A stretch of 64,000 bases of DNA from an uncultured Pseudomonadota bacterium (lineage in GTDB: Bacteria > Pseudomonadota > Gammaproteobacteria > Ga0077536), in contig CAIKBL010000041.1 of assembly GCA_903825645.1 (NCBI GenBank), positions 8,375 through 72,374 on the forward strand, written 5' to 3'. A program made the position numbers and the translations under genes. The notes beneath the pieces were generated by a model. The model did not search any database. It was not told the origin of the DNA and worked only from the letters and a program-made list of their open reading frames with translations. The number at the start of each line of letters is the position of its first letter. The stretch's first letter is position 1. Positions 42,283 through 52,531 of the stretch are shown here, piece by piece.

Positions 42283-43911
42283 TTAAGACGACAACCCCTT
42301 TGGCGCAATCCACAGCTTTTGCCAGTCGCTCAGTAAAGCGGCAGGCATGGGTCGGCCGATAAAGTAACCTTGGGCGAGCTCGCAACCTGCGGCCGCTAAC
42401 CAGCGCCAGGTCCATTCTGTTTCGACGCCCTCCGCCAAGACCTTCAGGCCAAGTTGATGGCTGAGCTGTATGGAATGTTCTACGATCGCCCGGGCCGTTG
42501 TATCGATTTCAGCGTTGCGCACAAAGCTCATATCGATTTTGAGCTCGCCAAAGGGTAGCTCGCGTAATTGCGCGAGCGAGGAATGACCGGTCCCGAAATC
42601 ATCGATGGAAAGCGCAATCCCTTTCAGTCGCAGGCGGGTCAAGATATCAAGCGCCGCCACCGGATCCGGCGCGACGGAAGTCTCCGTGACTTCAAACTGC
42701 TTCCTGTTATTGGGGCAGGTGGATTGGGCAAGCGCCGACATGATCTGTTCCGGGAGGTTACGATCAATCATCGCCACCGGGGGGAGGTTGATGGACAGTG
42801 TGCCCGTGAACCCTATACTTCGATTAAGCATCTCGCATTCCGCGGTGGCGCGCTTGATAACCCATAAGGTCATCGGCAACCCCAATCCGGAACGTTCGGC
42901 TAATTCGACAAAGCTCCCAGGAAACAAGAGACCATGCTGCGGATGTTGCCAACGTATGAGTGCCTCGATCCCCACCCAGGCGCCATCGGCCAAAGCCACC
43001 TGTGGCTGATAATACAGAAGGAACTCATCCCCCTCGAGCGCTCGCCGTAACTCCTCAACGAAAATTGGGGGATTCGATTTCGCCGGATTAGCTGCAGGAC
43101 GCCCAGCCGCACGAAACAGCGCCAGAAGATCTGCGGCCCTGAGCGGTTTGCGGAGGGTACCGACGATATTCAACCCCTGATCGACTCCTAACTTACTCGC
43201 GGCATTCAGCACCGCCCGATCCTCCCCACTCACCAACACGACACGCGCGTCGATGCGGCGCTCCGCGAAGACCCGCAACATTTCGATACCGTCCATGCCC
43301 GGGATATTGAGGTCAAGCAAGATGAGCGAAGGATTGAATGCTAATCCCTCAGACAGTTCCGTTGCGTCTGTCAGACTGCGGGTATGGTAGCCCGCACTTT
43401 CCGCAACGTCCGACATGAACTCGCAGGCGATCAACTCGTCGTCCAGAATCAACGCCCGTGGACGCAAGTCTTCCCCGCCAGCTGCTCCCTGCTGCCGACT
43501 CAGCGCGTCCTTGACGGCACCAAGAAAGGCTTCCCTACGGAAAGGTTTCTCGAGGAACGGCACCTGCTGACTTGAAATAGGATCCAAGTGGTTGCCTGCA
43601 AAACCGGAGATGAACAAAAGCGCAATCCTCGGCTGAGCCACTCGCGCCTTGCGTGCGAGTTCGGGTCCTTGAATCCCGGGCATCATCACATCGGACACCA
43701 GAAGGGAGAAGGCTTGTTCGTTCAGTGCCCGTAAAGCACTAAGCGAATCCTCGCAAGCGACGACCACATATCCCGAGCCGATTAGCCACTCTTGCAATAC
43801 TTCAACGAGGAATGGCTCATCGTCGACGATTAGCACGCGCGGTGCTGCCTGTGCGGGCCCTGCGTACTCACCGGCAATGGAAGGCTGCGTTTTAGTTTTC
43901 GAACCGCTCAC
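42283..43911 (-). CDS. tandem-receiver (REC-REC) EAL-domain c-di-GMP phosphodiesterase
   Basis: Two REC domains (VLIVDDEP.., ALILDDEL.. each with phospho-Asp context) followed by EAL domain with EALIR, DDFGTG and EGVET motifs intact. Confidence 0.85.
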   Translation of the reverse strand: MSGSKTKTQPSIAGEYAGPAQAAPRVLIVDDEPFLVEVLQEWLIGSGYVVVACEDSLSALRALNEQAFSLLVSDVMMPGIQGPELARKARVAQPRIALLFISGFAGNHLDPISSQQVPFLEKPFRREAFLGAVKDALSRQQGAAGGEDLRPRALILDDELIACEFMSDVAESAGYHTRSLTDATELSEGLAFNPSLILLDLNIPGMDGIEMLRVFAERRIDARVVLVSGEDRAVLNAASKLGVDQGLNIVGTLRKPLRAADLLALFRAAGRPAANPAKSNPPIFVEELRRALEGDEFLLYYQPQVALADGAWVGIEALIRWQHPQHGLLFPGSFVELAERSGLGLPMTLWVIKRATAECEMLNRSIGFTGTLSINLPPVAMIDRNLPEQIMSALAQSTCPNNRKQFEVTETSVAPDPVAALDILTRLRLKGIALSIDDFGTGHSSLAQLRELPFGELKIDMSFVRNAEIDTTARAIVEHSIQLSHQLGLKVLAEGVETEWTWRWLAAAGCELAQGYFIGRPMPAALLSDWQKLWIAPKGLSS

Positions 43912-44547
43912 GGGGATATATCACTCCGAAGTGCCTGGGGCTAACACAGCACCAAAATGATGCCGTCCGTATGGCCGACCTAGAGGCTTGTGGCTGTTGT
44001 TCGATCCCGATAGCGGGCGCGGCATCCCACGTATCGGGGCAAACGGCGCGAAGCCTGTACCGGTCCCGAAAATGAGGAGTGTGCCATAACGCATGAATCA
44101 AGAGAATGGACGGGCAAATCTTCCGTCCCGCCAAGGACTTGGTCCATTGAGTAAAGGTCTGGGTCGTACCCAAAGCGCGTCGTTAACTGACGCGATACGC
44201 ACACAAATGAAACTTAGCGGCAAAGCACGCCAACATCCGTACGTATGAGGAACCCGCCGGTTTGGTGGGGCACGGGAGATAGTCTGCCGGGTTAGGGCAG
44301 CCGTCTTGCGTATACTGACAGAACGTGGTTTTCTCCAGATGGGAGAGTTGGCGGTTAAAACAGATCGAACAGCCTTGTCCCCTTGCGAGAAGAAACCTCA
44401 CTGAAGTGCCCGGAATGGCGATCGCGTGGCCTGCCTGCCGCCGAACGAGTCAATATACCGGGCAAGTAATGTTCTTGAGAGCGTCTCGTAGGACAAGCGC
44501 TTCAGGCCAACGACCTTAGGTAGTTATTACAAAGCAGGGGACCCACG

Positions 44548-45150
44548 ATGCGACTTATCTATTTTGACTTTCCAGGGCGTGGAGAGGCCATCCGGGACAC
44601 ACTCCGTCTCGGCGGTATACCGTTCGAAGACGCACGGGTTAACTTCGCTGAATTCATGGTGCTGCGAAAAGAAGGTCGGCTGCCTTGGGATACGCTACCC
44701 GTTCTCGAGTTGGATGATGGCACCATGCTCGGACAGAGTAATGCCCTCTTACGTTGGGCCGGTCTGCGGGCTGGCCTTATCCCGCCCGATCCGATTGATG
44801 CACTGCGGGTTGATGCCTTGCTCGACAATATCGAAGATTACGGTACGCGCATCAGCGTCAGTATCAGGGTGACGGACGATGGGCTACGGGCTCAGCTACG
44901 CGCGGAACTTACGGAACGCTGGCTGCCCGAGTGGTTTGATTTACTCCAGCGACGAATCCTCGAGGCGGGTCACGGTTGGCTCGCGGGCAAGACGCTGAGC
45001 ATCGCCGATCTGAAGGCAATCCATTTAATTGATAAAGTCACTAACGGAAGCCTCGCTGGTCTACGGACAGATGCCTTGCAGACATTCCCGGTACTTGCCG
45101 CCTGGCGCGCGCATGTCCATGAATTTCGACAGGAACATAAACTGCCGTGA
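44548..45150 (+). CDS. glutathione S-transferase
   Basis: N-terminal thioredoxin-like GST fold (MRLIYFDFPGRGEAIR), ~200 aa, C-terminal helical domain. Confidence 0.8.
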   Translation: MRLIYFDFPGRGEAIRDTLRLGGIPFEDARVNFAEFMVLRKEGRLPWDTLPVLELDDGTMLGQSNALLRWAGLRAGLIPPDPIDALRVDALLDNIEDYGTRISVSIRVTDDGLRAQLRAELTERWLPEWFDLLQRRILEAGHGWLAGKTLSIADLKAIHLIDKVTNGSLAGLRTDALQTFPVLAAWRAHVHEFRQEHKLP

Positions 45151-47468
45151 CCGCGGAGACTGAAGTGTCGGTTCTCTCATCGGCTCTTGAAGACACACAA
45201 AACCTTGATTGGCGGAACGCGCGTCATTACCGGCCTGACGAGCCGACAGATGGTGCCGTACTGGCCGATCTCGCACGCCAGCTCGCCGGACTCGATCGAG
45301 TCGATACGCCCGTGTGGGTTTTTGACGCGGAGCGCTGTCAAGCGCTGTGGGCAAACCCGGCAGGTCTCGAGATATGGAAAGCCAGCACCGTTCGAGAACT
45401 CCAAGAACGCAACCACAATGCCACACAGTCAGAGGCCGTTTACGCGCTTCTGAACGATTACCTGTGTCGAGTTAAAGATGGAGAAAAAATCGCGGTATGG
45501 GTCACACTGGACTCACGTGGGACGACCCGGCGGTGTTATCAAAGCCACCACCTCGTAACTTTAGCGGACAATCGTCATGTGTTGCTCGTTGAAGCGCAGG
45601 CTGAACCTCCCGCTGAGGAGATGTTCGCGCTTGCTTCGAACTACACGCTGACCATCGGTTTGTACGCCGTCAGCGGCAGGCTAGTCAGCGGAAATCCTGC
45701 ATTTATGGAACTATCCGAGGTCGAATTGCTATCCGATCTAAATGACCTGCTACCGCCGGATACTGCGTTCCGACAATGGCCTGAAACCCTGAAAGAAAAG
45801 GATACGTTGACTTTCGAAAAAACGCTTTCAACCAAACGCGGTAAGCGGACCTATCGTGGTGATCTGCGACTCGTCCGGACGCAGCGCGGTCGTCCGCAAG
45901 GGCTGTTGACGTTGTACGACTTAACCGAACAACGCCTGGTAGAGAGCGAGATGGCCCTGAGAGAAAGCCAATCCCGGATGGAACTCCTCCTCGATAATGC
46001 CAGAGCGGGCACTTTCACCTGGAACCTACTCGACCATTCCATGCATTTCGATCGCTATTTTTCGGCGATGCTTGGTTACGGTTATCAGGATTTGGCGCTG
46101 ACACAAGCCGTGTGGTCATTGATGATTCATCGAGAAGACAGCGTCCGGCTCAAGATAAAATTCAACTATAGCCCCGAGGATGGGGTGCGTTCGCTCAATG
46201 GCGAATTTCGTATCAAAGCGCAGTCTGGTGAATGGCAGTGGGTCTTTGCGCACGCGATAGTCTCGAAATCAAGTCCGACGGGCCGCCCCGTCGAAGCAAT
46301 CGGAATTGCTCTGGATATCCACGAACGGAAGCGCACCGAGATCGCGCTGGCGGAGAGCGAATTGCGACAGCGGACACTGCTCGGTGCCCTACCCGATTTA
46401 ATCCTCATCCATGATCAGCACGGAACGCTGATCGATCGTCAGACCGGCCGTCCGCAGGACTGGAATCTGGCCGCTGACATGTCGCCGACGGACGCGCCGC
46501 CTGAAACAATCCAGCTCGAGGTTGCCGCACGTCTGAGGGAAGCTCAGCGAACGGTCTTCGGGACGCACAAAATGGTGAGTGGGGATTACAGTGTGGCTGA
46601 AGACGAGGGAATCGTGCGCTACCGAGAATTCAGCATGGTCTCACTCGGGCAGGACCAGACCCTCACGGTGATTCGGGACGTCACACCCCGTGCGCTTGCA
46701 GAGCAGGAGCGTCGAGACATCGTGGTCCAATTGCAGCGCACGCAGCGAATGGATGCGATTGGACAACTCACGGGCGGCATCGCACACGATTTCAACAATA
46801 TTCTCGCGAGCATTCTGGCCCACGCCATGCAGGCTCAAGATCGGGATACCGTGCTCAGCGATCCCAAAGTCATTCGGCATCTGGAAGTCATCGTCAGTGC
46901 CGGCGAACGCGGCCGCGCACTCGTCCAGAAACTGCGCGCCTTCAGTCGGCACGCCGCCAGCACCGCCCCGAGCTTGATAGATCCCTTGCCGGTGATGAGA
47001 GAAATAGCTGAAATGTTGGAATCACTTATCCCGGCGCGAATTTCCTTTACCGCAGACATATCGAGCACCTTGCCGCAGGTGAAAATGGATGCAATTGATT
47101 TGCATCAAATACTCGTCAACTTGGTCCTCAATAGCCGTGATTCCATCGATCAGGGCGGCGCGATCACCATGAAAGCTTCCCTGATGCCCGCCTTCAAGGG
47201 CACCTGCGACGCCTGTCACCGAACGGTGCTCGGTGACTACCTCGCCTTCGTTGTGCAGGACAATGGCGGTGGCATCACCGATGCGGTGTTGCAGCAAATT
47301 TTCGACCCTTTCTTCACCACAAAAGACGTCGGCACCGGCACCGGCATTGGGCTTGCGGTTGTCGATGGCCTCACGCATCGCTTGGGAGGGCATATCGTCG
47401 TGGACACCGCGCTGGGTCAAGGAACACGGTTAACGATCCTGTTACCGCCCGGAGAATCGGTGCGCTGA
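45147..47468 (+). CDS. cytoplasmic multi-PAS sensor histidine kinase (no receiver domain)
   Basis: 773 aa, no TM segments, several PAS/PAC-like blocks, HisKA H-box IAHDFNNIL, HATPase N/G1/G2 boxes (..NLVLNSRDS.., DNGGGI, GTGIGLAVV); GTG start overlaps GST stop. Confidence 0.85.
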   Translation: MTAETEVSVLSSALEDTQNLDWRNARHYRPDEPTDGAVLADLARQLAGLDRVDTPVWVFDAERCQALWANPAGLEIWKASTVRELQERNHNATQSEAVYALLNDYLCRVKDGEKIAVWVTLDSRGTTRRCYQSHHLVTLADNRHVLLVEAQAEPPAEEMFALASNYTLTIGLYAVSGRLVSGNPAFMELSEVELLSDLNDLLPPDTAFRQWPETLKEKDTLTFEKTLSTKRGKRTYRGDLRLVRTQRGRPQGLLTLYDLTEQRLVESEMALRESQSRMELLLDNARAGTFTWNLLDHSMHFDRYFSAMLGYGYQDLALTQAVWSLMIHREDSVRLKIKFNYSPEDGVRSLNGEFRIKAQSGEWQWVFAHAIVSKSSPTGRPVEAIGIALDIHERKRTEIALAESELRQRTLLGALPDLILIHDQHGTLIDRQTGRPQDWNLAADMSPTDAPPETIQLEVAARLREAQRTVFGTHKMVSGDYSVAEDEGIVRYREFSMVSLGQDQTLTVIRDVTPRALAEQERRDIVVQLQRTQRMDAIGQLTGGIAHDFNNILASILAHAMQAQDRDTVLSDPKVIRHLEVIVSAGERGRALVQKLRAFSRHAASTAPSLIDPLPVMREIAEMLESLIPARISFTADISSTLPQVKMDAIDLHQILVNLVLNSRDSIDQGGAITMKASLMPAFKGTCDACHRTVLGDYLAFVVQDNGGGITDAVLQQIFDPFFTTKDVGTGTGIGLAVVDGLTHRLGGHIVVDTALGQGTRLTILLPPGESVR

Positions 47469-47688
47469 AAACGCCCGGTCGGCCTGGAAGAAAGGCGCGA
47501 CGCGACCGCTTTTGGACACCGCTTCGCCGCGCTACCGAGGTCCACCGTGCCCCGCCCGTGTGGTAGATTTCATGGATCAAGCCCCTCGTGTAGAGTCTGA
47601 TCTTGCGGTGCGGCTAAGAGATCGGCTGATGATCTGCTAACCCACATAACCCAGCCCACTACGGCCGAAAAAATGAGAACACACTGAA

Positions 47689-50600
47689 GTGATCAAACGA
47701 AAAATAAAACGCCTGCTGGTAGCCAATCGGGGTGAAATCGCCATTCGCGTCATGCGGGCGGCGGCAGAGCTCGAAATTGAAAGCATCGCCATTTATTCTC
47801 AGGAAGACCGCTTCGCGCTCCACCGTTTCAAGGTCGATGAAGCCTTCCTCGTGGGGCATGGCAAAACACCCGTACAGGCTTACCTCGACGGGGAAGACAT
47901 TATCCGGATCGCGCTCGAAGCCGGCGCAGACGCCATACACCCCGGATATGGGTTCCTCTCCGAACGACCGGAATTCGCGGAAGCCTGCGGGGCCGCCGGA
48001 ATAATCTTCATCGGCCCCTCACCCGAGGTCATGCGTGCGCTTGGCAATAAAGTCGCGGCGCGCCAAATAGCGGTGTCTTCCGGGGTTCCTGTCATGCCGG
48101 CTACCGGGCCACTACCGGAGGATCCTGACACGATTCACGCGCTCGCCGAAAGCATCGGTTACCCCTTGATGCTAAAGGCTTCGTGGGGTGGAGGGGGCCG
48201 AGGGATGCGGGTCATCGAGGACGCCGCCACCTTGCTCGAACTGGTTTCTGTTGGACGACGCGAGGCGGAGCAAGCGTTCGGAAATGGTGAAGTCTATCTC
48301 GAAAAGCTCATACGCCGTGCTCGTCACGTAGAGGTCCAAATCATCGGCGACACCGCCGGCAATCTGGTTCATTTATTTGATCGAGACTGTACGGTCCAGC
48401 GGCGTAACCAGAAGGTGGTGGAGCGCGCACCATCGATGTTCCTGAGTGAGGAGCAACGTGCCGAGATCTGTGAAGCGGCGATAAAGCTCTGTCGATACGC
48501 AGGCTATTCCAACGCCGGGACCGTCGAATTTCTGCAGAATGCCGACACCGGGGAGATCTACTTCATCGAAGTGAATCCCAGAATTCAGGTCGAACATACC
48601 GTGACAGAGTCGATTACCGGCGTCGACATTGTCAAAGCTCAAATCAGGATAGCGGAAGGGGCCGTACTAGGGAGCCCGGAAAGTGGCGTCCCTGCCCAGT
48701 CCGCGATTCGCTGCAACGGGTACGCGATGCAATGTCGGGTCACTACCGAAGATCCCGAGAATAATTTTATTCCGGATTATGGAACTATCACGGCGTATCG
48801 CAGCCCAGCGGGGTTTGGTATCCGCCTCGATGCAGGTACCGCCTATACCGGCGCGCAGATCACCCGCTTTTACGACTCTCTGCTCGTGAAAGTAACCGCT
48901 TGGGGAACCAGTCCTGAGGAGACTACTGCACGTATGCTTCGGGCGCTGCGTGAATTTAGAGTTCGGGGCGTAGTCACCAATCTCCGGTTTCTTGAGCAAC
49001 TATTGCGCCATGCGGATTTTGTTTCGGCTCGCTACTGCACGACCTTCATTGACACTGCACCAGAACTTTTTAATTTCGAACATCGTCAAGATTTCGCTAC
49101 CCCTTTGCTACGTTTCGTCGGCGATGTGATCATCAATGGCAATGACGCCGTAAAGAATCGTCTGCGACCCGCAAAGCCCGTGGTTCCGGATCCGCCGCCG
49201 ATGACGCATCGGATCCCGCCAGCAGGTACCCGCCAACAACTCGCTCAACTCGGAGCCGCGGGTTTTGCCGCTTGGATGCGTAACGAACAACGTGTACTGG
49301 TGACCGATACAACGTTCCGGGATGCACACCAATCCTTATTGGCGACGCGTATGCGAAGCTACGACATGTTACAGATCGCGGGCTCCTACGCCGAGCGACT
49401 ACCGAACCTGTTTTCGATCGAATGTTGGGGAGGAGCCACTTTTGATGTGGCCATGCGATTCCTTCATGAGTGTCCCTGGCAGCGTCTACGTGGCCTGCGC
49501 GAACGAATGCCAAACGTGCTGTTGCAAATGTTGCTACGCGGCTCAAACGCGGTGGGTTATACGAACTACCCCGACAATGTTGTCGAGTACTTCGTCCAAC
49601 AAGCCGCACATGAGGGCATCGATGTTTTCCGCATCTTCGATTCACTCAACTGGGTCGAGAATATGAGGGTCGCCATCGATGCAGTGATTGCCACTGGCAA
49701 ACTCGCTGAAGGGGCGATTTGTTACACCGGCAATCTCAGCGATCCAACCTGCACTAAGTATGACCTGAAGTACTACGTGCAATTGGCGAAATCCCTCGAA
49801 CGCGCTGGCGCCCATATCATTGGTATCAAGGATATGGGGGGGCTTTGTCGACCCGCCGCTGCATACACGCTGGTCAAAGCGCTGAAAGACGAGTGTGCAC
49901 TGCCCATTCATTTTCACACGCACGATACCAGCGGCATTTCTGCGGCTAGCGTGCTGGCGGCCGTCGAGGCCGGCGTGGACGCTGTCGATGCCGCAATGGA
50001 CGCGATGAGCGGACTGACTTCGCAACCCAACTTAGGCTCCATTGTTGAAGCGCTTCGTCATGGTCCCCGTGATACTGGACTCGATCCGGACGAGATTCGG
50101 ACGTTGTCGAGCTATTGGGAACAAGTGCGCGGAAATTACAGTGCCTTTGAAAGCGAGATCCGTGCAGGCGCATCTGAAGTCTACGTGCACGGAATGCCGG
50201 GAGGGCAATATACGAATCTCCGCGAACAGGCTTTATCGCTCGGGATCTCCGCCCCACGCTGGCCCGAAGTGGCCAAAGCTTACGCCCAGGTAAATGAAAT
50301 GTTTGGCGATATTATCAAAGTGACCCCCAGTTCAAAGGTGGTCGGCGACATGGCGCTGATGATGGTCACCAGTGGCTTGACGCGTGATGACGTCGAATCT
50401 GCTGACACGGAGATCACCTTCCCAGAATCCGTCGTGTCTTTTTTCCGTGGTGATCTTGGCCAGCCCTATCAAGGGTTTCCGGTGCCCTTACAGCGGAAAA
50501 TACTAAAAGATACCGCCGCGTTGACGGAACGCCCCGGGGCGTCTATGCCGAGCGTCGATCTTGCGGTCGCCCGCAGGGACGCAGAGGTTCGGGTACAACG

Positions 50601-51141
50601 GGCGATTTCGGATGCTGAGTTCGCGTCCTATCTCATGTACCCGCAAGTCTTCGTCGAGTACGCGGCCACGCAACGGGAATACGGTGATTTAACCCCGCTA
50701 CCGACCTCCGTCTTTTTCTATGGCATGGAAGCCGGCCAAGAAGTCAATGTGGTGATGGGACGCGGCAAGGCGCTGGTCATGCGCTATGTGGGTGCCAGCG
50801 ATCCCCATGATGACAACTGCCGTTCGGTTTTCTTCGAGTTGAACGGTCAACCACGCCCAATCAAGGTAGCGGATCGCGCACGCCTCGCCCCAACTAAGGC
50901 TCCACACCCTAAAGCGGAGCGTGATAATCCCCTGCAACTCGGCGCACCGATGCCCGGCGTCATTACGCAAATCGCGGTAAAAACAGGCGACAAGGTAGCG
51001 CGTGGGGATATCCTCATGACGCTGGAGGCAATGAAAATGCAGACATCCATCAGAGCAGAACTAGCTGGAGAAATAAAACAAATTGCGGTCGCGATCGGAC
51101 AACAAGTAGATGCAAAAGATCTGCTGGTCGTCACCGGATAA
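47689..51141 (+). CDS. pyc: pyruvate carboxylase, single-chain (biotin carboxylase + carboxyltransferase + BCCP)
   Basis: 1150 aa; N-terminal biotin carboxylase (LLVANRGEIAIR), central carboxyltransferase TIM barrel, C-terminal biotinyl domain EAMKMQ; GTG start. Confidence 0.92.
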   Translation: MIKRKIKRLLVANRGEIAIRVMRAAAELEIESIAIYSQEDRFALHRFKVDEAFLVGHGKTPVQAYLDGEDIIRIALEAGADAIHPGYGFLSERPEFAEACGAAGIIFIGPSPEVMRALGNKVAARQIAVSSGVPVMPATGPLPEDPDTIHALAESIGYPLMLKASWGGGGRGMRVIEDAATLLELVSVGRREAEQAFGNGEVYLEKLIRRARHVEVQIIGDTAGNLVHLFDRDCTVQRRNQKVVERAPSMFLSEEQRAEICEAAIKLCRYAGYSNAGTVEFLQNADTGEIYFIEVNPRIQVEHTVTESITGVDIVKAQIRIAEGAVLGSPESGVPAQSAIRCNGYAMQCRVTTEDPENNFIPDYGTITAYRSPAGFGIRLDAGTAYTGAQITRFYDSLLVKVTAWGTSPEETTARMLRALREFRVRGVVTNLRFLEQLLRHADFVSARYCTTFIDTAPELFNFEHRQDFATPLLRFVGDVIINGNDAVKNRLRPAKPVVPDPPPMTHRIPPAGTRQQLAQLGAAGFAAWMRNEQRVLVTDTTFRDAHQSLLATRMRSYDMLQIAGSYAERLPNLFSIECWGGATFDVAMRFLHECPWQRLRGLRERMPNVLLQMLLRGSNAVGYTNYPDNVVEYFVQQAAHEGIDVFRIFDSLNWVENMRVAIDAVIATGKLAEGAICYTGNLSDPTCTKYDLKYYVQLAKSLERAGAHIIGIKDMGGLCRPAAAYTLVKALKDECALPIHFHTHDTSGISAASVLAAVEAGVDAVDAAMDAMSGLTSQPNLGSIVEALRHGPRDTGLDPDEIRTLSSYWEQVRGNYSAFESEIRAGASEVYVHGMPGGQYTNLREQALSLGISAPRWPEVAKAYAQVNEMFGDIIKVTPSSKVVGDMALMMVTSGLTRDDVESADTEITFPESVVSFFRGDLGQPYQGFPVPLQRKILKDTAALTERPGASMPSVDLAVARRDAEVRVQRAISDAEFASYLMYPQVFVEYAATQREYGDLTPLPTSVFFYGMEAGQEVNVVMGRGKALVMRYVGASDPHDDNCRSVFFELNGQPRPIKVADRARLAPTKAPHPKAERDNPLQLGAPMPGVITQIAVKTGDKVARGDILMTLEAMKMQTSIRAELAGEIKQIAVAIGQQVDAKDLLVVTG

Positions 51142-51208
51142 GTAGTTTCCCCGCGCGGGCGACGCCAAGGGACGCGCAAGAGCTCGTCCTAAGTGCCCGG
51201 CCGTTGTT

Positions 51209-51892
51209 TTAGCGCACGAAATCCCCGACAAAGGGATTGCTTCGACGCTCCTCGCCAAAAGTGGATACCGGACCGTGCCCTGGCACGAAGGTAACGTCGT
51301 CACCCAAGGGCCAGAGTCGGGTACGAATAGAGTTGATTAACGCTTCGTGATCGCCTCTCGGAAAATCGCTACGTCCGATCGATCCCTGAAACAGCACGTC
51401 GCCGACGAAAGCGACCTTAGCGTCCGGGTGAAAAAACACGACGTGTCCGGGCGTGTGGCCGGGACAGTGGCGAACCCGCAGGGTTTCATGGCCGACGGTG
51501 ACTTCGTCGCCCTCTGAGAGCCAACGATCGGGAACGAAAGTGTCCGCCGGTGGGAACCCGTACTTGGCGCTCTGCTCCGGCAACAAATCTATCCAGAACT
51601 GATCATCCTGATGAGGGCCTTCAATCGGAAGAGATAGTCGCACCGCGAGTTCGGCGACTGCGCCTGCGTGGTCTATATGGGCGTGGGTAACTAAGATTTT
51701 CTCGAGCACTAATCCTTCGCGGGCAACCAGTGCGAGCAATTTTTCCAGATCCCCGCCCGGATCGATGAGGGCGGCATGACGCGTGGTCTCGCACCAGATA
51801 AGCGAACAATTCTGCTGAAAGGGAGTTACAGGAACAATCGCGACCTTCACGGCTTTCTCCTCAGGATGGAACTGACGGGGACGGCTGTGCAT
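51209..51892 (-). CDS. MBL-fold metallo-hydrolase (glyoxalase II / YcbL-like)
   Basis: THAHIDHAG motif, later HxxGH and D ligands; start uncertain (ATG 51892 or GTG 51853; ORF extends to 51937). Confidence 0.75.
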   Translation of the reverse strand: MHSRPRQFHPEEKAVKVAIVPVTPFQQNCSLIWCETTRHAALIDPGGDLEKLLALVAREGLVLEKILVTHAHIDHAGAVAELAVRLSLPIEGPHQDDQFWIDLLPEQSAKYGFPPADTFVPDRWLSEGDEVTVGHETLRVRHCPGHTPGHVVFFHPDAKVAFVGDVLFQGSIGRSDFPRGDHEALINSIRTRLWPLGDDVTFVPGHGPVSTFGEERRSNPFVGDFVR

Positions 51893-51988
51893 CCCACACG
51901 ACAATGCTATGCTCATATATGGCACAGAGACACGCAATTAACTCGCGAGCCTGTGTTGCGTCGCTACCGATGAGTTGAATCGATCCCA

Positions 51989-52531
51989 ATGGAAGAAAAA
52001 AAAGATCCGATCGTTCGCGCCGAAAAGGCCCTTGAATTTCGGCAGACGGTTTCACAAGTCTGGAACCCAGACTCTATCGTACCTGGTACCCAACTGGATC
52101 GGATGGTTGGCCTTACTCGGTCAAGGGTGAACCTTATCCGACTGAATCCCGGCACAGAAGCGTCGCCTTATCACACCCGACACTGCGAGGAGGAGTGGAT
52201 TTACGTATTGCAAGGACAAGGTGTGGTTGAAATAGATGGGAGCGAACATCTACTCGGCGTAGGAGATTTCGTCGGCTTCTCCGCGCCCTCGGTTCCGCAT
52301 CAATTGCGTAATCCGTTCGGAAAATCACTTATTTGTTTGATCGGGGGCGAACGCGCCGAAATCGATATCGCGGATTTTCCGCGACTCGGCAAGCGGATGT
52401 TTCGGCGCGGCGACCATATGGAGGTCTATGACACCACCGATGCTGAAGAAATCGCCCCGGCCGATTTTGATGAGTACATGACCCAAAGCTATCGACGAGC
52501 ACAGCACCAAGGAGAACCTGATGGCGATTGA
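51989..52531 (+). CDS. cupin-domain protein
   Basis: Two-His cupin motif region (WIYVLQGQGVVEIDG...GDFVGF), 180 aa. Confidence 0.6.
   Translation: MEEKKDPIVRAEKALEFRQTVSQVWNPDSIVPGTQLDRMVGLTRSRVNLIRLNPGTEASPYHTRHCEEEWIYVLQGQGVVEIDGSEHLLGVGDFVGFSAPSVPHQLRNPFGKSLICLIGGERAEIDIADFPRLGKRMFRRGDHMEVYDTTDAEEIAPADFDEYMTQSYRRAQHQGEPDGD

Noticed and set aside
43912-44547. Possible housekeeping RNA (4.5S/SRP, tmRNA, 6S, RNase P) in the large gaps at 43.9-44.5 kb and 57.2-57.7 kb
   Set aside because: By eye I found none of the conserved cores (SRP GGAAGGAAGCAGCC-like motif, the tmRNA 5' GGGG...UUCGACGGG or its tRNA-Ala-like 3' end, the RNase P P4 sequences). I cannot rule out a divergent family without a covariance-model scan.
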